From contig CM082584.2 in assembly GCA_040954595.2 (NCBI GenBank), positions 4,654,110 to 4,718,109 of the forward strand: 64,000 nt of DNA, written 5' to 3'. The position numbers and the translations under genes are program-made. The notes beneath the pieces are model-generated. The model was not told the origin of the DNA. It ran no database searches and worked only from the letters and a program-made list of their open reading frames with translations. Below, one piece after another: positions 29,501 to 40,710 of the stretch. Positions within the stretch are counted from its first letter, which is position 1. The number at the start of each line of letters is the position of its first letter. Origin of the DNA: Balanoglossus misakiensis (taxonomy: Eukaryota; Animalia; Hemichordata).

Positions 29501-30867
29501 CTCTCTTGTTTTTAGGTTGAGGCTGCATGCGTATGTATACCTTTAATTAAAATTGAACACTGTAGGTAAAACTGAAAGGTTTATACCTTGACGGTGTGAA
29601 TTGGCAGCTGATGTCACTAACCACCAGGAAATAGAGGTCATGCGATAAAGCAATTAATATTTACGTTTGGGCTTTCTATGAATTATTCAACTTTCTAGTC
29701 CTGATTGGAGTCACCACAGATGACCTTTGATCCAGAATACTAAGACTCAAATCCGGATTGTACCCTCGGTACATTTAAACTGATAAGTCAAAACGTACTT
29801 ATATCTGCTCTTCGATTGTAACAAACAAAATTAACACATAGGCCTATAACGTGTGAACTGAACCGCGTTTGCCTACATTATGTCATATTTGGCCAGTAAA
29901 TGCCAGAACACTTGTAATGTTTACTGATAGCAACAGTCTGGATAAGAAAACACATTTTAAATATGACAGATGCAGATTGCACACACAATAGATATAGACG
30001 AGACTATGATTATTTATGATTATGTTACACAGTAATGTAGCGTTAAACTCTCTCTCTCTCGTTATATACTGGTACAATGTATATATGATTGATTTTATGG
30101 ATTGTAGACCATAATTTGTTGTGAACACTTATTATTGAACTACGTTTGTGCAGGAGGGCTTTGGCGGTTTGCTGCGTTGACAACTTCGCTATGTTAATCA
30201 GTATAATAGCTTTTAGTAGAAGTCCTCTCCTGAAGGTGAATTAATCGCATAGATTACCAACAAATGAGATCCAAAATAATACTGTAAGCATCGTTAAACA
30301 ATAAATGGGCTAATTTGCATTTGGAATCTACCTGAAGACAATATAACAGAAATATGATATAATAGAAATATACTATTAGTTATACATGAGTATCTTTATA
30401 ACCCGTCTGAGTATCCACAGGATTAATGGACCTTATTACATATAACTTATTCTGCCAACAGTTCCGTCTTTCATTGCTGAGTACGGCAATTATTTTGTAA
30501 AACTAATCACAGATTTCAAGTATCGTTTTTAATGGTATACTAAACTCTCCATTAGAGCACTCGTCCGTGATCTCTGTTGACCTCTTAATACAACCCAATG
30601 TTTATGATGCACACTATGCTGGCTTTACTGTCATCATTATTTTTTCATTTTTCTGACTATTCTCAGAAGGTGAATTTAAAAGAAACATACTAATGTTCAT
30701 GTCCATACTTGGTAATCAATGTTCACAGACATTTATAATGCCAGTAATTCTGTTTACAATTCAGAATAGTTGTATTTGTCCTATTTAACCATTCTACAGC
30801 AATCTTAGTGGGAGTTGTGGTTTACAAATGACAATCATTTAATATTCCGCAGCAAGCCGAGTCAATT

Positions 30868-30924
30868 AAACAAACAAACAAACAAACAAACAAACAAACA
30901 AACAAATAAACAAACAAACAAACA
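30868..30924. repeat. (AAAC)n microsatellite
   Basis: Direct reading. Confidence 0.95.
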
Positions 30925-32515
30925 AGACGAAAAACAGACAAACAAACAATTCTTTGCGTGGTCAATATCAATATTGAATCCGTTCTTGTAAGGCAATAAT
31001 GGTAGGAGTGTTAAATTTGCGCTTCAAAACCATTTGTAATTTTTCTGTCTGAGTAGACAATCAGATAACTTCGATTCTATATTTTCAACAGGAACGTACG
31101 TTTGGTGCGTACGCGTAATATAGGTGATGGTAGGAACATTATTTCAGGTCCCGAAGAAAGTATCCGAACACTAGGTTTTTGAGTCTGCTTTTTGTCAGAA
31201 ATTCCCACATTCACTATGTGTTTGTTTACAAACACTAATTCAAGAAAATTGCACTGTCCACTGTTAATCCCGCTCAATGTAAGTCACACGGATGAATCTG
31301 TCATGTTGTGTGCGAGATCGATTTTTCATCTCCACACATTGTGCATGTAATGTGTGTAGAGTATAAAATGAGAATCGTCTGATGCATAAAGCGTTGGATA
31401 GATTCGGTGTAGCTAATGAGGCGCGTGATACAAAATTCGCTTTCTGCAGATAAATATTGACGCTTGTGTTCAATACAGGCCACAATAATAATAGGTCAAC
31501 CGACATAGAAGCATCCTTTGATTTTTAAACTGTATGCTACTATTCACTATTTCTGACAGCCTTCGTAGCCATTTTACCGTTGCCCATTATCGCTTATAAT
31601 TGCTCTCACATGTTCTAATTTTATGACTTATCGCTTGAGTGAAAACACACATTTCAAAGTTAAAGGCCATTTTCTATACAAGCCCAGCTTCTACGACTTA
31701 TTTCATGTTAAATGATATTTTCCAAATAAGGGCTTGTGGTTTCACGTCATGTTTTCCAGTGAGCATGAGGAGTAGAAATTCTTCACAACACCTCTATTTG
31801 TGATGAAAGTCATCTTGGAAACACGGATGGTTTACATTTGTCGTTCGATTACCAATTGTCGTGTACTGGTTACACATATCACTCTAAAGTTTTTGATGCT
31901 TGGGACGCGTCCAATGCGTTGAGTCTGAACGCATTTGACGCGTTACATGTGTTCAGTTACTGAACTCATGTGTTCAGAAATATCATTAATGTGTTCAACC
32001 GTTTACCGCTACCATTCTACCACCAATTTTAATGTCTGTTTTTATTCAGACAGCATTAATTTGTATGTCAAACATGTCAATATTTCTTTTAACATGTTTT
32101 TATGACCAACAGTCCCCTTCTTAAACCAACTACACAGAAGAACACATTTAGTTTGACCCATATAATATACATATGTGTACGAGTGAACACAATAATGCAA
32201 TCAAATGTATGTTTTGGCCTTTCCGAATGTTTTCATGCACATTGCTTCAGAGAAAAATGCCGTAAATGTCTTTGATCTTTTTACTTAAACGTAAACAGTC
32301 AGGATAAAACACTAATCGAAAAGTGGCGTTCAATTTGTGAATGCTAGTGTCCTAACATGACACAAAAACAGAACACTGGCGTTGCCCATTTCCAAAGATG
32401 GGTAATCCAGATGGCGGGCATGCGCACATCAGATGCAAGTTAGGCGCCATTTCTGTCTGACGATATTTCTATGCTGCGGTTTCCGGATCACTGGACTGTC
32501 GCATTTGTAGCGTTT

Positions 32516-32803
32516 TGTTCCACTTTTGACATAAAACTGGCCACACGCCTGTAGACTGCTGCCGTAAGTATTGTCGTGGCAGAATGCCATTGAATATTGG
32601 CACGGTGGAGGTCCACGAGTAGTACGTTTCATCCTTCAAAATGCAATTGTACTTTTCCTCAAAGAAGTGATCATTTTTTCTGTAGCTATCAATTTCATTT
32701 GTCCTCAAGAAAATTGTATTTGTCATTTAGTTGATTAAAATGTTGACATTCATTCATGTATATGCGTGAATGTGTCTTATTTTTCTCCATACAATGTCGG
32801 TAA
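32516..32803 (+). repeat. 288-bp direct repeat, copy 1 (copy 2 at 41088-41375)
   Basis: Colinear match with scattered substitutions only; also visible as the two near-identical MTNTI(F/Y)LRTNEIDSYRK ORFs. Confidence 0.95.
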
Positions 32804-32813
32804 AAACAATAAG

Positions 32814-33520
32814 AATTAATGAACTGACTAACTTGCACCGCATTTCTATTGACAAGCCCTCACTCGCCCTGTCCGAGCAAATATTTACTTCGACCTTCTT
32901 TCAATAAAAAAAATTCAAAATCAGATTTCCCACAATGCAAAATAACGAGCAAACCCACACTCTGATGCTAACAACACTGCTGTCAATGATAATAATTAAT
33001 CAACTGAGTAACTGGCACCGCATTTCTATTGACAAGCCCTCACTCGCCCTGTCCGAGCAAATATTCACTTCGACCTTCTTTCAATAAAAAAAATTCAAAA
33101 TCAGATTTCCCACAATGCAAAATAACGAGCAAACCCACACTCTGATGCTAACAACACTGCTGTCAATGATAATAATTAATCAACTGAGTAACTGGCACCG
33201 CATTTCTATTGACAAGCCCTCACTCGCCCTGTCCGAGCAAATATTCACTTCGACCTTCTTTCAATAAAAACAATTCAAAATCAGATTTCCCACAATGCAA
33301 AATAACGAGCAAACCCACACTCTGATGCTAACAACACTGCTGTCAATGATAATAATTAATCAACTGAGTAACTGGCACCGCATTTCTATTGACAAGCCCT
33401 CACTCGCCCTGTCCGAGCAAATATTCACTTCGACCTTCTTTCAATAAAAAAAATTCAAAATTAGATTTCCCACAATGCAAAATAACGAACAAACCCACAC
33501 TCTGATGCTAAAAACAATAA
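32814..33520. repeat. Tandem array, 180-bp unit, about 3.9 near-identical copies
   Basis: Sequence recurs at exact 180-bp offsets (lines beginning 32821, 33001, 33181, 33361). Confidence 0.97.
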
Positions 33521-33606
33521 TAATTCAATAATGTCTAGTTTTTCAGCATAACCATTGTGTTACAAGACATCGGTATTTCATTGTTATATATATTCCAAAA
33601 ATATTT

Positions 33607-33755
33607 GGAAAGTTCTAGAAGGTCATTCAAATGTCAAGATGGAATTGATAAGACCGTGTTAGAACATTCGTGAAGTTTTAGAAGTTTTTAGATATGATAT
33701 ATATATCTTATTTTTATCAATAGATGTCATAGTTATTTTTAGAATTGACTATAAA
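33607..33755 (+). promoter_or_regulatory. Two perfect three-unit heat-shock elements plus TATA box upstream of the nested IgSF gene
   Basis: gGAAagTTCtaGAAg at 33607-33621 and aGAAcaTTCgtGAAg at 33661-33675 both match nGAAnnTTCnnGAAn. TATAAA at 33750-33755, about 280 bp before the ATG. Confidence 0.6.
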
Positions 33756-34030
33756 TTCTGGGAGTCTGGAACCTTGAGCGATTGTAGCAGCAGAGTGAAT
33801 ATAAGTTCACTGGTGTTTTAACGGTGAAGACTTGCTATTGCGATAGCCTGTGTGTTTCCTTTAGTGTTACACCAACCAATATAAAAGAACCTGGAGGTCA
33901 CTACGTTGTGGTGGTCTGCGAATCTACTCCTGACGACAGTGCAACGCTTGTATTGTGACGCACTGGCAAAATCGTAAATGGACAATAACTGGTAAATGGA
34001 TAGTTTCGGCATTGGTGAAGAGGTTTTAAC

Positions 34031-34094
34031 ATGCGACTAAAGGTTTCCGTGGTCCTGTTTATATTGTTAAATGTGTTTACTTATCAACTTCAAG
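34031..34094 (+). CDS. Nested Ig-superfamily type I membrane protein, exon 1 (signal peptide)
   Basis: ATG at 34031; MRLKVSVVLFILLNVFTYQLQ followed by G|gtgagt donor, phase 1. Confidence 0.8.
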
Positions 34095-34327
34095 GTGAGT
34101 TTTATATCCTTATGGACGAGTTAATTCAAATAATGTCTTGAAGAACATGAAATTTGAGGGAAATGGAACACAATCATTCATTCATTTCTCCATTCATTGA
34201 GTCGGTGGTTGCTTAAATGGTTGCTTAAACAAGGCAAATATGATATATGCGCATTGTTACCTTCTATTCGGCCTATAAGAAATTCTGCACCATATTCATC
34301 TGGCATGTTTGTTGTTTAATTTTGCAG

Positions 34328-34633
34328 GACAGCAAAATGTGTATGTGCAATCTGGTCATAGACAAGTCGTACAAGGTGATAACGTCATATTGGAGTGCAA
34401 GCTCAACAGTGCAGGGTCAGCGCCTCCACAATGGAATTACATCAAAAAAGGGGAAATTGCTAATATTGCCGAAGGGAGTTCAATATTCAATGACTGCTGT
34501 CAACTATACGAGAAAGATGGATATTATAACTTGCAGATTCATAGTATTGATGTAGACAAACACGAAGGTACTTGGCAATGCACTCAAATAGACGTGACTC
34601 CACAAAACAAGAATACTTATCTAGAGATTATGG
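34328..34633 (+). CDS. Nested IgSF gene exon 2 (V/I-set Ig domain)
   Basis: Acceptor tttgcag| and donor G|gtaagt; phase 1-1, 306 nt. Ig hallmarks GDNVILEC...PPQW...YNLQIHSIDVDKHEGTWQC. Confidence 0.9.
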
Positions 34634-35162
34634 GTAAGTGGTTAACAGCCTGAGTGCAATCGACTCTTTTAGAATTGCAAAGAAACTGTCAAAGACACAT
34701 CAGAGGAATAGTTAGCAAATCAAAAGTAGAACAATCGAGAAACCACATTATTTAGAGAGAAAGAAAAAAATGTACAAATGGTATAGGTTTATATTTCGAG
34801 AACTGGGTTAATAAACATATTATTTTTGTAAATTGTATCCTTGATAGACATGCAACATTTTGAAAATATAACAAATTATTTGAAAGATAAATCTAATTTA
34901 ATTCTGAAATTGTAAATTTTAGGATGCTTCCATAATCATGTAAAGATTTTTAATTAAATAACAACAGTAAAAAAGTGCAAACATCAAGTCGAAAAGTGCA
35001 AGAAAAAACACTATTTTTGTTTTCTATGTGCCTACAGTAAGAAAAAAATAGTGTCAACATTTCCAAATGTTTACAAGTAATAATTGTTGTGGTGATCACC
35101 GCAAGAATGTTGGGGAACAGAGGAGTTAATTAGAACATGACCACTTAATCTTCTTATGCTAG

Positions 35163-35471
35163 TTCATGTCGCCAGTGTGAGGATATCTGAAGATCAGAAC
35201 TACACATTTACATGTGTAGCCGAAAGGGGCAAACCGGCAGCTACGTTTCATTGGATTTTGAACAAGACAGTAACTGAGGATGAAGGGGAAGTAGTGGCTA
35301 CCTATAGTAATGGAACCGCAGACAGCATGAGCAATTACAGTATTTTCACCTTCAATATAAGTAACTGTGGTGACCAGGACATCACCAATCTGACATGCAA
35401 AGCTGTTCAGTCATCTCCATTAGTAGGAACCAAGCTTGCCACCACGACAGTCTGTCTGAACAGGCCCCCAG
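35163..35471 (+). CDS. Nested IgSF gene exon 3 (C2-like Ig domain, many N-glycosylation sequons)
   Basis: Acceptor atgctag| and donor G|gtatgt; phase 1-1, 309 nt. YTFTCVAERGKPAATFHW...NLTCKA; sequons NYT, NKT, NGT, NYS, NIS, NLT. Confidence 0.88.
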
Positions 35472-35870
35472 GTATGTCAAACTTTCCTCCCTCATAGTTC
35501 AAAATGGCCTATAGGCCTATCATAAGCAATCTGGTCTTGATAGGTCAACTTATCAGAAATTGATTGGCTGAGCAAGTTCAGATAATTATCATTGGTATTA
35601 CATGGTCCACTGTTTGATTACATTAACATATGTGACAACTTTAGTCAATTTGTATCCTTGCATATGAAGTCAACCACTTCCTGTCATTCTGCTCTGTTTG
35701 TGGGAGATTAATAAACACTTTAGCGCTAGTGATCAGTCATTTTGTGAATTTATAAGCACCATTTTCTCACTGGTTCGGTGATTGGCATGGTTTACTCAGG
35801 AACGCAGATGATGCATCAACTTCAATGATATTATTTATCGAATTTACATTAGTGGTTTGGTTTTACCCAG

Positions 35871-36050
35871 ATCATGGTGATACCACAGTTAGCACACTAC
35901 CTGCAACGAACGTTGGTTTAATCATCGGCATACTACTAATCGCCAGCATCGCCATCGCCATCGCCATCGCCATCATCGTGATAATTATTAAGAATCCAAG
36001 AAAATGTCAATCTTTGCGAAGCAAGTATTTTACAACTCCAAGCAATCAAG
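35871..36050 (+). CDS. Nested IgSF gene exon 4 (stalk, transmembrane helix, basic stop-transfer)
   Basis: Acceptor ttttacccag| and donor G|gtaaga; phase 1-1, 180 nt. VGLIIGILLIASIAIAIAIAIIVIII followed by KNPRK. Confidence 0.87.
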
Positions 36051-36592
36051 GTAAGAGACAAATACCTGGTTAGTAACATAGCTGATGTTATTTGTGCATT
36101 ATTATACACAACAAGATATCTTGCCTTATTTTGAATATACTGTGCTGTTGGTGTTTTGGAATTTATATTTGACAAGATGAGTATAATGTTGAAATTACAA
36201 GATTGACAGGAGCAATATTAGAAGGGGGTACCAGAAACTATAGCAACGACAGCTTAATCTTCTCAACCTCCATGCTGTAAAGGTACGGACATTGCCACAA
36301 AGCAAAGACTTAGGGCGAAATCTGGAAAATCTGTGCAACAAGAATTGTGGATAAACAACGTTACCATCCCTGACACATACTACTCGTTAGGAAAGTTTTA
36401 TTGACAGTCCAACCCCAAGCATACTTGCTTAGACTCTAATAAGGAACATCATAGGGGACATAATGGAAACACAAATAAATACTATAACAATAGAATCAAG
36501 AAGTGATCACAGAAAACAACACTGATTTACACAACACATGCATGCAATGGTGTGCCAGCATTTTGAATTTGCTTTTGTGATGTGTTTCACAG

Positions 36593-36612
36593 ATGAACCT
36601 GTAGCAGTATAG
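36593..36612 (+). CDS. Nested IgSF gene, probable last coding exon (DEPVAV*)
   Basis: Acceptor tgtttcacag| in phase 1 reaches TAG at 36610-36612, giving a 292-aa protein. An alternative acceptor at 37048 (ENVLR*) is also possible. Confidence 0.5.
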
Positions 36613-37087
36613 GAATAAGAAGAGATGCAACGATACGAGAAGTAAGGTGTGTTAAGAGATGGGCCTTAGTCCATCTTTTTCCGCTGTCTTCTGTGTGGCT
36701 GAGGACTAAACATATCTGACCAATTACAAAAAGGGATATTATTATACGTTACTACTCTCACTAGCCATGACATTTCATATTATTCACACGAAAAATAAAT
36801 ACAATTGTTAATTTGCTTAGATATGGGGGACTTGTCAGACTACAATAAGGACCCTTTTGTCTTAAAACCATAAAGACGCTGTTTGAGATAACTCCTAGTA
36901 ATGTGCCAAATATATATGTTAAGCATGACCACTTCCTTCTGTTTCTTTAAGTATTATTGAATTGTCCACATCGTCATTTTTAATTTTTGGCCATAGTAAT
37001 TACCCAATACTAAGTTATTTCATAACTTTTCTTTACTTACTTTACAGAAAACGTACTGAGATAATGCCTTCTGATTCTGAGCTCACG

Positions 37088-38764
37088 ACTGCCTGCACTT
37101 GTGTGGCAAAATAAAATTTGACATAGTTTGAACTTGCTTTAGAGGCATTTTCACTCCAAGTCACTGCCAACTATTAATTCATGTTTCACATACTTCGTAG
37201 CATGCTTGTGCTTTTTCGATAGATAGAATCAGACTGCCAAGTGTTTATTCAAACTGAAATACATTACACTGCCTGTACTTGTGTGGCAAAATTAAGAGTA
37301 AAATATGACATAGTTTGAACTTGCTTTAGAAGCTTTATTCAGTCCAAGTTACTGCCAACTATTAATTCCTGTTTCACATTCTTCGAACCATGCTTGTGTT
37401 TTTTCGATAGATAGAATCAGACTGCCAAGTGTTTATTCAAACTGAAATATATTACACTGCCTGTACTTGTGTGGCAAAATTAAGAGTAAAATATGACATA
37501 GTTTGAACTTGCTTTAGAAGCTTTATTCAGTCCAAGTTACTGCCAACTATTAATTCCTGTTTCACATTCTTCGAACCATGCTTGTGTTTTTTCGATAGAT
37601 AGAATCAGACTGCCAAGTGTTTATTCAAACTGAAATATATTACACTGCCTGTACTTGTGTGGCAAAATTAAGAGTAAAATATGACATAGTTTGAACTTGC
37701 TTTAGAAGCTTTATTCAGTCCAAGTTACTGCCAACTATTAATTCCTGTTTCACATTCTTCGAACCATGCTTGTGTTTTTTCGATAGATAGAATCAGACTG
37801 CCAAGTGTTTATTCAAACTGAAATATATTACACTGCCTGTACTTGTGTGGCAAAATTAAGAGTAAAATATGACATAGTTTGAACTTGCTTTAGAAGCTTT
37901 ATTCAGTCCAAGTTACTGCCAACTATTAATTCCTGTTTCACATTCTTCGAACCATGCTTGTGTTTTTTCGATAGATAGAATCAGACTGCCAAGTGTTTAT
38001 TCAAACTGAAATATATTACACTGCCTGTACTTGTGTGGCAAAATTAAGAGTAAAATATGACATAGTTTGAACTTGCTTTAGAAGCTTTATTCAGTCCAAG
38101 TTACTGCCAACTATTAATTCCTGTTTCACATTCTTCGAACCATGCTTGTGTTTTTTCGATAGATAGAATCAGACTGCCAAGTGTTTATTCAAACTGAAAT
38201 ATATTACACTGCCTGTACTTGTGTGGCAAAATTAAGAGTAAAATATGACATAGTTTGAACTTGCTTTAGAAGCTTTATTCAGTCCAAGTTACTGCCAACT
38301 ATTAATTCCTGTTTCACATTCTTCGAACCATGCTTGTGTTTTTCGATAGATAGAATCAGACTGCCAAGTGTTTATTCAAACTGAAATATATTACACTGCC
38401 TGTACTTGTGTGGCAAAATTAAGAGTAAAATATGACATAGTTTGAACTTGCTTTAGAAGCTTTATTCAGTCCAAGTTACTGCCAACTATTAATTCCTGTT
38501 TCACATTCTTCGAACCATGCTTGTGTCTTTTCGATAGATAGAATCAGACTGCCAAGTGTTTATTCAAACTGAAATATATTACACTGCCTGTACTTGTGTG
38601 GCAAAATTAAGAGTAAATATGACATAGTTTGAACTTGCTTTATAGAAGCTTTATTCAGTCCAAGTTACTGCCAACTATTAATTCCTGTTTCACATTCTTC
38701 GAACCATGCTTGTGTTTTTTCGATAGATAGAATCAGACTGCCAAGTGTTTATTCAAACTGAAAT
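37088..38764. repeat. Tandem array, about 188-bp unit, 9 copies
   Basis: ACTGCCTG(T/C)ACTTGTGTGGCAAAA starts at 37088, 37268, 37456, 37644, 37832, 38020, 38208, 38395 and 38583. Internal copies are nearly identical; the first is more diverged. Confidence 0.97.
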
Positions 38765-39255
38765 TAAATACTAGACTCATGCAGGCTAAGTTAATCTATC
38801 CGACCATTTTCCTTTGGCTCTATTAGGTAGGAAAGAATTTAAATTATAAACTTAAACGGAGTTTTAGTCAGAGTTTCACCTTATGTAGTATTTAGTGTCC
38901 CTCATTGCATTAACAATTTGAATCAAAGCATACTCATGTAGTTGTTCAAGTGAAATTATTGACAAACCATTTTGTACACCAATCATTGTCTTTTAACATG
39001 GTCCAATTGTCTTGTCGCAAACTAAAGGTTGGACGTATTTTGGCCCATTTTGGCTTAGTATGTTTTATCATTTTTAAATTAGTATGTTTTATATAGTATA
39101 GCTGGTTGAGTGTATTTTAGTTTATATTGTTCATTTATTGGCACTTGTGTTTTCTCTGTAATTTATTAAGTTTTATTGAGTGATTTTCTTGTTTGCTATT
39201 AAAACCCATTACTTCTACCTCAATCCAGTGTGGTGTGTTCACAAATGAATTGTTA

Positions 39256-39793
39256 ACATCGTCACTTTTGATTTTTGGCCATAATAATTAACCCATACTA
39301 AGTTATTTTATAACTTTTCTTTACTTACTTTACAGAAAACGTACTGAGATAATGCCTTCTGATTCTGAGCTCACGACTGCCTGCACTTGTGTGGCAAAAT
39401 AAAATATGACATAGTTTGAACTTGCTTTAGAGGCTTTTTTCACTCAAAATCACTGCCAACTATTAATTCCTGTTTCACATTCTTCGAAACATGCTTGTGT
39501 TTTTCCGATAGATAGAATCAGACTGCCAAGTGTTTATTCATCAAACTGAAATATATTACTAGACTCATGTAAGTTAATCTATCCTACCATTTTCTTTTGG
39601 CTCTATTAGGTAGGAAAGAATTTAAATTATAAACTTAAACGGAGTTTTAGTCAGAGGTTCACCTTATGTAGTATTTAGTGTCTCTCATTGCATTAACAAT
39701 TTGAATCAAAGCATACTCATGTAGTTGTTCAAGTGAAATTATTGACAAACCATTTTGTACACCAATCATTGTCTTTTAACATGGTCCAATTTG
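39256..39793 (+). repeat. Local duplicate of 36968-39010 containing a single unexpanded unit of the 188-bp repeat
   Basis: Same 5' flank (acatcgtca...ttacagaaaacgtactgagataatgcc), one repeat unit, and the same 3' flank (tactagactcatg...aacatggtccaat). Confidence 0.9.
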
Positions 39794-40710
39794 TCAATGG
39801 TATAACACGTCCAGCTTCGAATAGTTGTCTTGATCACATATATACAACTGATGCAGACAACTTTAAGAATACTTGTATAGCAGATATTTGTCTTTCTGAC
39901 CACTTGCCTGTGTTAACTCGTCGCAAACTAAAGGCTGGTCGTAATAATTCGAGTACCCATATTCATGTTCAGTATAGGTGTTTTAAAAATTTCGATAATG
40001 CAAGGTTCCTTCATGACTTACAGGGGAAATCCGCTGTAGCTGATTTCGACATAATTTGGTAGCTTTGATGTCTCTCTTTCAGAAAAAAACATATTCGCCA
40101 TGTGTAGGTCGCGCGATTTTTTTACAAAATCTAGGGAAAGTTGGCAATATGGCGTTTACTGTAATTTGAATCATGGGAAAAAAAGCGCCAGGAGCAACTT
40201 CCGCCCACCATGGTGTGGGTGATACCATTCTCCGATTGGTGTCACTGGTCGACAGACTAGGCGTATTTTCATAGCTATTGTTTGTTCTTTGCATCAGTTG
40301 ATAAACAATCATCAGCAAAGTCGAAAATTGTCATCTATTGACAGTTTTCATGAGCTATAACCCATGAAAAATATGCAAATACGCTTAGCTTGTGACACAG
40401 TGACACCAATCGGAAAATGGTATCACCCACACCAAGGTGGGCGGAAGTTGGTCCTGGCGCTTTTTTTCCCATGATTCAAATTACAGTAAACGCCATATTG
40501 GAAATTCTGCCAACTTTCCCTAGATTTTGTAAAAAATCGCGCGACCTATACATGGCGAATATGTTTTTTTCTGAAAGAGAGACATCAAAGCTACCAAATT
40601 ATGTAGAAATCAGCTACAGCGGATTTCCCCTTTAAATAATGCACCATGGTTCTTACTGAATTTTGAAAATGATGTCAATGTTATGTTTGAGAAATTTGAT
40701 AAACTTTAAA
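39740..40710 (+). pseudogene. Non-LTR retrotransposon (CR1/L2-like) ORF2 fragment, end of endonuclease domain, split by a MITE
   Basis: FNMVQFVNGITRPASNSCLDHIYT...LSDHLPV...YRCFKNFDNARFLHDL continues after the MITE as NNAPWFLLNFENDVNVMFEKF. LDH and SDH are APE endonuclease motifs. Confidence 0.85.
40022..40631. mobile_element. Kolobok-like MITE with about 225-bp TIRs inserted at a TTAA site
   Basis: AGGGGAAATCCGCTGTAGCTGATTTC... is mirrored by ...GAAATCAGCTACAGCGGATTTCCCCT. Flanks are TTAC and TTAA; removing the element restores the LINE reading frame. Confidence 0.85.

Noticed and set aside
32469-32726. Maverick/adenain-type protease similarity suggested by IDSY and CGQF
   Set aside because: The motifs lie in different frames, the catalytic His-Trp context is absent, and no other Polinton genes or AGT-repeat termini are present.
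37088-38764. CRISPR-like regular array (also 32814-33520)
   Set aside because: Units are identical along their whole length with no unique spacers, the context is eukaryotic, and no cas genes are present.
40079-40635. Pair of similar ORFs on opposite strands (MVSPTP.WAEV.PGAFFPMIQ)
   Set aside because: Mirror images produced by the MITE's inverted repeats, not genes.
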